DNA from: Octopus sinensis
Taxonomy: Eukaryota
NCBI RefSeq assembly: GCF_006345805.1
Contig: NC_043006.1
Location: 103,726,001-103,790,000, forward strand
DNA length: 64,000 nt
Reading direction: 5' to 3'
Part shown: piece by piece, positions 51,296 through 63,054 of the stretch
Position numbering within the stretch: the stretch's first letter is position 1
How the letters are laid out: every line of letters starts with the position of its first letter
The notes under the pieces: generated by a model
Told to the model about the DNA's origin: nothing
The model's input: the letters and a program-made list of their open reading frames with translations, nothing else
Database searches by the model: none
Position numbers and translations under genes: made by a program

Positions 51296-52031
51296 TATAT
51301 ATGTATGTATGTATGTATGTATAGATGGATTGATGGATGGATGTAATTTGGTATGCATCCAGTTTTACTTTCTATACACCTTTGTAAATCTCTGTCTTAC
51401 TTTCTCTTCCTCTTCCATTTTCATGTTCTCCCCTTTTCTCTCTTCCCACTTCTCTTCTGTCTCCGTTTCCCTCTTTGCTCAATTTCTTCCTTTCTTTCTC
51501 ATTCTCTGTCTCTAAACGTTGTCATTTTATTTATTTATTTGCGCGTGTATGTTTATATGTGTGTGTGTGTGTATGTGTGAGTGAGTGTTCTCTTTCTTCT
51601 ATTCAGTTTTATATACATATCATGATGATTATTCAGACATCGTTGAAATGCTCATCGGCGCTGCTGCTAGGTGACTATTCTCAAAGTAAAAAAAAAAAAT
51701 AAGGAAACACAGAAAAAAAAACGAAAACAAGCAAAACAAATCTATAACTTGAAAAAAAAATCTTTCTCTGAGAAAATAATCATCAAAACATATATAAAAG
51801 TATACAATTATAATAAAAAGAAATATGAAAAAAAAAAAACTAATCGTTATTAATATAATATGCTAAGTAAATGACATGACTTCAAGCTGGTTTGGCCACT
51901 AGAGGCGCTAATAGTTTACTTTTAGCATCAATCACATTAAGAGACAAAATCTATCTCTATCTGAATTGTAGTGTCACATGATAAAGTATCTTTAAAAGTA
52001 CAAAAGTTGGCATTGATGACTGCTGTGCTGA

Positions 52032-52090
<59 letters not shown>

Positions 52091-52108
52091 CATATAGTTA
52101 TATATACA

Positions 52109-52188
<80 letters not shown>

Positions 52189-52249
52189 AATATATATATA
52201 TATATATAGATTTATACACATAAATATACATATATATACATATATATAC

Positions 52250-52308
<59 letters not shown>

Positions 52309-52332
52309 TATGTATGTATGTTTGATAGATAC

Positions 52333-52374
<42 letters not shown>

Positions 52375-52519
52375 TAGATAGATAGATAGATAGATAGATA
52401 GTTAAATAGATGTGTGTACCTATGTGTGTCTGTGCAAGTTTTCACTCATATGTATATATACCTTTACATATATAAATACAGACATATTATACAATTATAT
52501 GATTTTAAAACTCATCAAG

Positions 52520-53600
52520 AGTATCAAAAGACTTAATGAAAAATCAGCCAATTAAAATACTCCCACATACAACATCCACGTTCAACAACAATGAAAAGGC
52601 TGGAATTGGCAAAACTTCATCTGCAGACCAACAAGAAAACTTGCACTGAAAATCAAAGATCTGCAGAGGAACAGTGGGTAATCAAAAAATCAAGCAGAAC
52701 CCAAAAGGGTTCTATTCATGTGCAAATAAGCATAGCACCGCTGTCTCACCCGTTGGTACATTGATCGATGATAACGGCATTCTCCAACATGAAATCGCAG
52801 AAGTATTGCGGAAACAATATTGCTCTGTCTTTAGTGATACCACTGATATTGACGTAAGGGATGTGAACGAAGTCGACTCCTAACATATAATCTCGGACAT
52901 AATCTTTACTGTTTCAGACATCATAGCAGCAATAAATGAGATCAAATACTATTCTGCTATAGGCTCTGATAGATTCCCCGCTCGTCTCCTGAAGAAATGT
53001 AGAACCCAACTTACAGATCCCTCTAACCAACCTCTGGAGAAATTACTTAGGTGAAGGTTACATACTGAAGCAGCTCTTATCCCATTGTGTCATCCTGGTT
53101 TTCAAACGGGGAAACAGATCTCTCTCAGTCAACTGTCGCCTAATCCCACTCACCTCCTATAACATTAAAGCGATTGAAAGAGTGGTGAGATCAAGGATAG
53201 CTGACTTCCTGGAGAGCGACAATCTCCTAAGTTCAAACCAGCATGGCTTTCGCTGCGGCAGGGACTAACACATCTTTTACACCATATCAATGATACCCTT
53301 AAAGCCTTGGGATCAGGTTCGAACTCTGATGTCATATATCTTGACTTCAGTAAAGCGTTCGACAGAGTCAATCATAATATCCTACTGTCAAAATTGTCAA
53401 ATGTTGGCAACCGTGGAAAACTACTACACTGGATTGAGTATTTCCTGGAGAACAGAGCACATGTTGTGATCGGTGGAATCCATTCAGGCCCAACAAATGT
53501 CACCAGTGGTGTTCCTCGGGGGATAGTTCTGGGCCTGCTTCTCTTTATAGTCTATATAAACCACCTTCCCAGCGTCATAAAACACAGCAAAGTGAAAGAA
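52520..53600 (+). mobile_element. CR1-like LINE internal RT fragment
   Basis: KQNPKGFYS, NQHGFR, VIYLDFSKAFDRVNH, SGVPRGIVLGLLLFIVYIN. Confidence 0.9.
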
Positions 53601-53729
53601 AGATCATGGCTAGCCGAACACAAATTTCAAAGAAGTTATCATTATCTTTAAAAAAATAATGATAAAGTGGCCAGCGAACGTGACCAAATTAGGCAAAATA
53701 TATATTATCAAAATTCAAGATACAATATA

Positions 53730-53992
53730 CACCTGTTTGCTAGAAAGAAGAGTTAAAACTGTCCAAAGCCATGAATTTCTCACTATATGTAAACACGCAC
53801 GAAGAATGTAGCAAAGATACTAAGAAACAGTCCGCCCCATTTGTAAAACCACAAAGAGAAGAATAGATATCCCAGTATCAGTTGATTTCACTTTATGTGC
53901 CGAATGGCACTTAAAGATCATCAGCGTGTTTACATATAGTGAGAGATGCGTGGCTTTAGAGAGTTTTAACGCTTCTTTCTAGCAAACATGTG
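53730..53992 (-). mobile_element. Hairpin element: about 69-bp inverted arms enclosing a hammerhead-like motif
   Basis: Arms at 53730-53798 and 53924-53992. Minus strand reads CTGATGA-t-ctttaagtgcc-attc-ggcacataaag-t-GAAATCA-ac-TGATA. Confidence 0.7.
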
Positions 53993-54267
53993 CATATTAT
54001 CTCTCTCTCTTCTCTCTCTCTCTCTCAACATTCGGTGCTTTCTTCCAAGGAATCTAATGCTGTTAGCTTAGTTTTTCCTTGGGGCTTGCCAGATTAGAGC
54101 AATCTCATATGTAATCAGCCGAAATTGCGATTATAACCTGGTTCTTGACTGAAGATAGAAAACTGCGAATGACCCGTCCTTGTTTTCTTTGTATCGTTTA
54201 TCCGGATGCTTTGTTGTCCCTTTTTGTATCACCTAGTTGTCCGATGTTTTGCGTTCTTGTTCCATTT

Positions 54268-54326
<59 letters not shown>

Positions 54327-54387
54327 ATACGTATGTATGTATATCTGTATATATATATATATATATATATATCTATATATATATATA

Positions 54388-54770
54388 TGAGGGAATATTA
54401 TTCCTAACTTACAGGGAAAAATTCAATTTAGAAATACTAAGCCAAATTTAACAAAATATGATATATATATATATAAAAATTAGAGAAAAAAAACCTTTTA
54501 TCAATTCAAAATGAACAATTAAATTACACCATCTAGAAAATTACATATAAATGAAATATTAAACTTAAAATAACAATAATATACTAATGATTAAGTAAAT
54601 TGTAAAATAATAATAAAATCGTATATATTTGGTATATATACGTTATTATTATTATTTTGCAATTTACTTAATCATCGGTATATTTTGTTATTTAAGTTAA
54701 TATTTCAATTATATGTAATTTTCTAGATGGTGTAATTTAATTGATAAAATGTGGGTTTTTTTTCTAATTA
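54388..54770. repeat. AT-rich fold-back element (palindrome 54478-54769 plus tail)
   Basis: The arms end in ctaatt followed by (TA)n. The tail tttttccctgtaagtt on the minus strand is shared with 59865-59945. Confidence 0.8.
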
Positions 54771-54785
54771 TATATATATATATAT

Positions 54786-54816
<31 letters not shown>

Positions 54817-56821
54817 GGTATATATATGCAAGAAAAGTTATACATGTATAATTTAAAACATTCATGTACTCTGTGTGCGAAAGAATCCCGTACAGGCTTG
54901 TGAATGACATTATCCGAAGGCCACGTGTTTCTGCATCGTTATGTTTTTTCAGCTATTGATACGCAAAGCATCTTTCATAGACCACTAAGAACTATTGTTC
55001 TTTTATATTTGCGGCAAATAAACTTACTGGTGTGTGCAAACTTTTATTAAGCTAAAACTAGTCAATTACCTAAAGTCAAACTAAGTATCGATAATTAAAC
55101 TAAAGTTGTGGTGAACCTTCGTATTTAACAAATTCATGTGTATACAGACATGGAAAAATCTTCACTGTGGAAATTGAGTTGGGAGAATAATTATCCTTAT
55201 AGAATTCTACAGTCCTACTTCTTCAAACATTTCCCGAATCCTATTGCAACTTCATTTGCACGTTGAAAAAATATATGGGGCTGTTTATCAGAGAGAGAAA
55301 TCCTTCTTAGGCTCGTCATTTAACATTCAATGGTTTGTGTGTTAGATTAGGTTAGGATTTTGCGGATTTATTTCAATTTGGAGACTGTCTTAATGAATTG
55401 ATACTGGGACAACCAGTATATCAGTTGCTTCAACGAGTAAGATAGATGCTTTCTCCAGATATTCGATATTACGTAAATAAAACGAGCGTCATTGAGAAAA
55501 CAGACTTAAGCGTGTTTTGCAATGCAGACTCACAGAAGTATACGGTCTATTAAATATTCTAAACGGATCCTTACCGTGAATACAAGTCATTTGTTACGAT
55601 GGAAAAAAATAGACGCCTTCTCCCCAAATCAGTTATCATAGGGAAAAAAAATACGCCATGGAGAGAGAAAACTTTCGCCGTGATTTTGCAATGCAGACAC
55701 ACGGAACTATAAAACAGATATTAATGCGCGAACATTTAACTCTGCAACAAGACACAGTATTCCATTATTTTTCTTCCGCCATCAATAATGTTTAGCGGGT
55801 ATAATAATTCCATCATTATTTGAAGATTCCTACAGTAGTAATCATCTTACGGCTGCATAACGATATAAAAGAATATTCACGGATTGCAGAAAAAAGCTTT
55901 AAAAGTATTATTGATGTTTTATGCCACATATTTATACATATTTGGAGTTCTCTTCATTAACGAACATCAAAACGAGGCTACATCATCTCTTATCTGAAGA
56001 AATAGAATTACACGTAGCTTTGTGAAATATTCCACCACAATTAAATGAAATTTCTGAATCACATCAAAGCCAGATGTCTCATTAGTTTAATAACAAATAT
56101 TTAATGAATGATTCTCATTATATTTGTATTGCTTCTTTACGTTACATAATTAAAATTTCCCAGTGTTAAACTGATTTACAAGTTATTATATTTTTGTACT
56201 TTTTCTTATGGGTGGAGTTGGTTATTAACAGGTACGTTGCAAACATTTCATCTGAGAAAGTATAGAATGTTGTGATATATAATTTATTAATTATTCTGCT
56301 GATTGCTAAATTTCATTTAAACAATATATTGCCAATGAATTATGTCTGCACACAAACTTCATCACACACCACACCGCCAGTCTTACAAATAGGCGAATAT
56401 GTTTTCATGTTTACTTCCACAGAATTTTTATGTCATTCGTTTTATTGCGATCACAAGAACACAACAAACCAAAAGTTTTACGTTCTATAAAAAAAAATTA
56501 TTGACGTCCCACGGGCGGCCTTCGAATTTGTCTTTCCATGCAATGGGGTTTATTTTAACTAACATGTTATTGTTTATAGCGTTATATTTATTCCAAGAGG
56601 AGTAAATATATTTTGTTTCACCTTATCTGGAAGGTTATAAATTCTTATGGCGTAAACAACTTTAATTATAGTGGTCGTATACCGTCAACTCAATGTGACA
56701 GTCCCGTAAGGGAATTACACCACCGCCATTTAGCCCTAGGAAACATCGACGTCTCCTGTCGGCGTTGACACATTTTCTGTGACATTATATTTGCAAAGGG
56801 GAGGCAATCACCCCCGCCAGC

Positions 56822-56879
56822 TGGGACTAAGCACCTGAAGACAGACACAGAAACATATGTCTTCAGGTGCTTAGTCCCA
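56822..56879. repeat. Perfect 22-bp inverted repeat around a hammerhead 3' half
   Basis: tgggactaagcacctgaagaca pairs with tgtcttcaggtgcttagtccca. GAAAC-ATAT-GTC lies at 56850-56861. Confidence 0.85.
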
Positions 56880-57547
56880 ACTTTAATTATATTTACGACT
56901 TTACTTTCCTTCCCACCTGATAGTATCTTTATATTTTGCTCATTTTACGTTTAATGCTTGTGTTCAGTTCTAAGCCTGTATAATTGTTTTACGCGTAACC
57001 GTAGTACAAATTATTATATATTTTATGGGCATAATTCCTTTTCTATAAGCATACTCATACACATGAGTATCACTAGTCGCCTGATAAAACGGAAGCACGG
57101 AACAGTGTAGCGGCTGTCATCATTCTTAAGGTTCGGCTTTCTAAGAAATCTTATTCAACTCTATGTTTACCGCATTAGATAAAAATTTCGCTTTGCGACA
57201 ATCATATCCCAGCGCTATCATTAATTGAAGACACACACACGCACACACACACACACAAGCAGATATACATACACACATGCACACAATATATGAATATGTA
57301 TGTATGTATATATATATACACACATATATATATATACATACATACACATATATATACGTATATACATTCTTTGGTAACAAGAGCATGTTAAGAACATAAA
57401 AAAGTTTAACAAGTTCATTAAAATATTGGGCACAAAATATTACAACATATATATACATTCTCAAGAAAATGTTGAAGATAGTTTCCATAAGGAATTATTA
57501 AAACGTTCAGTGGAATATTGGTATTGTATATGTATATACATACACGC

Positions 57548-57580
<33 letters not shown>

Positions 57581-57587
<7 letters not shown>

Positions 57588-57826
57588 ATAAAGGGCATTA
57601 TTACACATAAATGCCTCACACTAGGAGGGACAAAGTCATTACTACCAAAAATTATACTAATTATACTAATTAGTATAATTTTTGGTAGTAATTATAGTAT
57701 TATACTAATTAGTATAATTTTTGGTAGTAATTATACTAATTATACTAATTAGTATAATTTTTGGTAGTAATGACTTTGTCCCTCCTAGTGTGAGGCATTT
57801 ATGTGTATAATGCCCTTTATACAATA
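57581..57826. repeat. 246-bp palindrome with a tandemly reiterated apex
   Basis: Arms of about 79 bp differ by one indel. ttatactaattagtataatttttggtagtaa is repeated three times at the centre. Confidence 0.93.
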
Positions 57827-57956
57827 TAGATATAATTAATTTGTTCAAAAGAAAAAAATTATTTTCGGATTCTTTTCTTTTATGAGGTTTTCACGCTAGC
57901 TACCCGATAATTTCTTGTAAGATCCCTTATTAAGAGATTATCCTTAATTGTTAAAC

Positions 57957-57995
<39 letters not shown>

Positions 57996-58249
57996 TATAT
58001 AACACATGTATATAAATTAGAGAAGAACCACCATGTAGCAAATTTAAATCATACCATATAGAAAAACATTAAAGATGCAATAAAACATTTACTTAGAACT
58101 AAATAAAGTACGAAATAAAAAATAAATAGCATATAATTAGTAAATAGACTACACGTGTTTCGTGACACATGCGCACACAAACACACACATATATATAATA
58201 ATGTAATATATATATAATTTACAAGTATATATATATACATGAATATATG

Positions 58250-58840
58250 GGTCGTGATGTCACCAACAGTGCAAATAACATGGAATACGTAAACAACAAG
58301 AAAAATGGAAAACAGGACAAGTAAACACAGGGAAAGGAGCCTTCATCAGTTGTTGGCTGTCTATCTAATCCTCATTTCGAGCATTCAACGACAATATGAG
58401 CCTTCAAAGTCAGCTGTTCCTATAAATTCTAAAATGAAATTAGGATTTATGGAGGGTCAAAGTTGGGAACAAAAAATAACAGGGGAAACATACAAGGAAA
58501 CCGAACGAAAACAAACATGGAAGGTCGTTAGACCAGAGCGAGAAGAAAATAGTGAACACCGGAAGAAACTTTTTTTTGCAAAAAGAAAAGATAGAAGAGA
58601 GAGATAGAAATACGTCCGTTCTTTTTAACGTCGGTGCAGGAAAAAAGATGGTCACGTGAGGAAAAGAAAAATGGACGATGTCACGTGTGAGCAACGAGAG
58701 AGAGAGACAGATAGTATACGGTGAAGGAAGGTAGGGAAGGGAATAGGGGAAGGATGGAAGAAGAAAAGAGTAGAGAGTAGAGAGTGGCATCAGAAAAGTG
58801 AACATAAACTTACGCATCGCGTTCAATTAAAGAATAATAT

Positions 58841-58890
<50 letters not shown>

Positions 58891-59201
58891 TATATACATA
58901 CATGCATGTATAGATACAGGACGACATCAACGGCGCAAATAACATGGAATACGTAACAAAAAAACGAAAGAAAAACGAGTGAAAAATGTAAACAACGAGG
59001 AAAAAACGGTAAACAAGACAAGTTAACACAAAGGAGAGACCCTTCATCAGTTGGCGGTTGTCTATCATTTCAAGTCTTCAAAAGGCTCTTGGTCCCATAA
59101 ATTCTAAAATAAGATGTAGGATTTATGGATGGTCAAAGTTGGGGACAAAAATATGACACTGGAGATATACAAGGTAACCGAACGGAAACAGAAATGGAGG
59201 G

Positions 59202-59205
<4 letters not shown>
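58250..59205 (-). repeat. Two diverged direct copies of a pLTR-like unit (58250-58540 and 58918-59205)
   Basis: Shared blocks caaataacatggaatacgtaa, ccttcatcagttg and ggatttatgga.ggtcaaagttggg. Confidence 0.7.
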
Positions 59206-59252
<47 letters not shown>

Positions 59253-59326
59253 CATAAATATATATGTATATATATATATATATATATAAATCACAATTAT
59301 GTATATATATATAAACACACACACAC

Positions 59327-59412
<86 letters not shown>

Positions 59413-59414
<2 letters not shown>

Positions 59415-59945
59415 AATTAGAGATAAAACCACTATTAGGCAAATCAAACAATGAAAAACATAAAACAAAATATAAAAATAAAAATAATTAATATAATACA
59501 CAAAATATATTAAAAAATTTTTTATTTAAATTTAAAATTAAAATTATCAATTATATTTAGGATTTCTTTTATTAAATATATATAACTATCAAAAATTATT
59601 AAAAATTTTAATATAAGATAAAAAGTAAAACCACTATGTACTTTTTATCTTATATTAATCTTTTTAATACTTTTTCATAGTTATTTAATAATAAAAAATT
59701 ATAAATATAAATTAAGAATTTTAATTTTAAATTTAAATAATTTAAAGTTTTAAATTTTATATTCTATATATTTTGTGTATTATATTAATTTATTTTTATT
59801 TTTATGTTTTGGTTTATGTTTTTAATTGTTTGATTTGCCTAATAGTGGTTTTATCTCTAATTTAATTTATATTTATACTGTGAAATTAGATTTAATCCTA
59901 AATCTAATTTTTCCCTGTAAGTTTGGATTTACTCCCTAATATTAT
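59413..59945. repeat. Extremely AT-rich 452-bp imperfect palindrome plus tail
   Basis: taaattagagataaaaccactattaggcaaatcaaac at 59413 and its reverse complement ending at 59864. The apex is near 59630. Confidence 0.9.
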
Positions 59946-59955
59946 CATATATATA

Positions 59956-59997
<42 letters not shown>

Positions 59998-60777
59998 TCA
60001 TATAGGTAGACATATGTGCATCAAATTACAGATATATAGATAGACACATACATACACACATATATGCATACATACATACATAGATCATACATACATACAT
60101 GCATACATATGTACACATACATACATATAGACATATATATATATATATATACATACATACGTAAACAGTGATTGCAATGAACATTTATTAATTTTCCTCC
60201 CTAGATTGTACACTTCAATGTCAACACTGTGCACTGTGTACATATCTTGTTCGCCTGGCAACCAGAATCGAACACACGTTAAACAATTGACAAGCTAAAC
60301 CAGGATGGTGTTTGTTCAACGTCATATTACAACAGTATAAGACAAAAGACCGAAATGTGAATAGTCGGCAGCAAAGCTAGACAAATATTTTCATTATCCT
60401 CAACGTATCTTTATCAATAAAAGCAAACAGTTTAACCGTTTTTACCGTCATATAACTGATAGAGTGGCTGTTATACATACATGCATACATATATATATAT
60501 ATATATATATAAGTGTGCGTGTGTGTGTGTAGTGAAATGTATGCGATGGTACGTATATATACACGTGCTCACAAACATATGCGTGATATATATATTTACC
60601 TAAGAAAGGGTATGTGTACTTATGTATGTATATATCATTGTATTTATGCTTTAGTGTGTGTATATACATATATAGTGTGTGTATATCTATCTATCTTTCA
60701 ATCTATCTATCTATCTACCTATCTATCTATACATCTTTTTATCTATCTTATTATCATTATAATTATTGTTGTTGTTG

Positions 60778-60836
<59 letters not shown>

Positions 60837-61239
60837 TATGTTGTTGTTGTCGTCGTCATCATCATCATCATCATCATCATCATTACTATTATTATTATCA
60901 TTATTATTATTACTATTATCATCATTATTATTATTGTTATTATTATTACTATTATCATTATTATATTTGTATGTGGGTGTATATTAAGAATTGTCCCACT
61001 TATAGAGACATTGCCTTTCCCTTCTCCTGACGTTGTCTGGAAAAGGGAAAGGCAACAGACTATAGGAAGCTAAGGAGGAGTATCCAGCAAAAGAAGTAGT
61101 ATTAGTAGTCGTAGCAGCAGCAGCAACGGTTGTCAGTTCTGACCTTTCAATAGTAATACACGATTGTGAAGACGAGGCCAAAGATGTTACCATACTTGTT
61201 TCCATAGCAACAGTTATTACATCATCCTTAGCAAGCCGT

Positions 61240-61816
61240 TCAGAGTGCTGAGCGGCATTTCGTCTGTCTTTATTTTCAGACGTTCAAATGCTGTGGAAGT
61301 CGACTTTACTATTCATCCTATCGAGATCGATAAAATGAGTAACAGCTGAACACTGCGGTCAATGCAATTGACTTAACTCCTCTCCCGAAATTGCTGGCAT
61401 TGTGCCAAAATTTGAGACCAATAATTATTTCACTACCAGAAACAGTAGAATGCTGGCCACGGTACGGTGAGTCCTTTAAGTTATAAATAAACTGAGGCGG
61501 TGTGCTGGCAGAGTCGGTAACACTCCGTACAAAAAATTTTTAGAGGCATTTTGTTCCTATTTACTTTGCGAGTTCCAATTTCGCCGAGGTCGATTTTATC
61601 TTTCATTCTTTCGGGATCCATGAAATAAGAACTACTCCTGCCCTGGGGCCGATGTAATCGACCGAGGATCTTCCCCGAAATTTCTAGCTCTGTACCAGAA
61701 TACGAAACCAATATTTACATTCTAAAAAGCGGCGAGGTAGCAGAGTAGTAGTAGTAGTAGCAGTAGTAGTAGTGGTAGTAGTAGTAGTTGTTGTTGTTGT
61801 AGTAGTAGTAGTTGTT

Positions 61817-61849
<33 letters not shown>

Positions 61850-62080
61850 ATCATAGTAGTAGTAGTAGTAGTAGTAGTTGTAGTAGTAGTAGTAGTAACA
61901 GCAGCAGCAGCAGCAGAGCAGCAAAAGTAGTCAGTTCTGACCTTTCCAATTTCGCTTAGGTCGATTTTGCTTTTATCTTTTCATGGTCGATGAAACAAGT
62001 ACCAGTTGAGCACCGAGGCCTATCTAATCGACTTGCTTGATTCCTCAAAACTACTGGATATATATATTAAAATTTGCAAC
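61240..62080 (+). mobile_element. Cluster of three degenerate Nin-like family SINEs
   Basis: The motif gtcga(c/t)ttt..ctttc(a)t..tt occurs at about 61300, 61590 and 61965. The third copy is split by (TAG)n. Confidence 0.7.
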
Positions 62081-62464
62081 CGTTACGAAATATCTAAAGA
62101 AACTTTATGAAAATAATTAACTCGCGAAGTATTTCATATGCCGCTCTGGATTTTGCCCGGCGACTGAGGGAAAAGAATATTTGTTAAAACTTGTCCATCT
62201 GTGTTGTCTTTTATTTTGTGTCCATTGCTCTCAAGACACATGTATATACACACACTCACACATATACACACACAAATACACACATACACACGAACACTTA
62301 TTTTTGATGCCATAAGAATCTATAAACCTTCGAAAGAACAGAAACAATTCTCGTTGGGAAATGGATCCCCAAGCACACATATAACGCTTCGAATATTAAC
62401 GTAAATATTGGATTCAATATCCCCTCTGCATAGAATAAGTTGAAGGCTCCACATTTGGACACGA

Positions 62465-62508
<44 letters not shown>

Positions 62509-62522
62509 CAAAATGTTACTGC

Positions 62523-62719
62523 ATGTGTACCATTGGGGATTTTTCTTCCTCTGTCTTCCCTTCACTGGATCTTTCCTTCTCCTATGTTTCCGACGAAGAG
62601 CTCCGCTAGAAACGTTAAACCCTCCTTTCCTTCTTTCCTGAGCGTCCAATAATACTATATTTGTTCCATGTCCTCGCGTTGTTGTGTTTTTTTTTTGTGC
62701 TTTCTTGTTTGGATTAACT
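62523..62719 (+). mobile_element. About 195-bp hammerhead-motif unit, U4C family (copy 2)
   Basis: gttt-CCGACGA-a-gagc-tcc-gcta-GAAAC-GTT-aaac at 62586-62620. Confidence 0.8.
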
Positions 62720-62739
62720 TTCTCTCTCTCTCTCTCTCT

Positions 62740-62779
62740 CTACATTGAAAAGGGGCAATACCCCGAAACGCGTCTGTAG
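62740..62779 (+). ncRNA. Minimal type I hammerhead ribozyme, U3:A8 variant, all stems intact
   Basis: ctaca-TTGAAAA-gggg-caata-cccc-GAAAC-gc-GTC-tgtag, with stem III palindrome ACGCGT. Confidence 0.85.
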
Positions 62780-63009
62780 CTGCCGGTCAAGTAGTGTGGA
62801 GCGACTGACCTCCCTTGTTCGAAGGTTATATGGATACAGTTTGTGTATCAAATAGCTAACTTAAGGCGATGGCCTCATGGAGCTAATAAGCGGACAGCTT
62901 TATTCTTATTTTTATAAGAATGCCATATTAGTATGGCGATAACTATTATTTTCCGGGAACGCTGCCGCTGTTCTCTTTTAGAGAGACTTAGTAATTTTAA
63001 TATTTCTAT

Positions 63010-63042
<33 letters not shown>

Positions 63043-63054
63043 ATATATATATAT

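Noticed and set aside
62320-62427. Minus-strand exon (GILNPIFTLIFEALYVCLG...)
   Set aside because: The acceptor is plausible, but there is no convincing donor and no recognisable homology.
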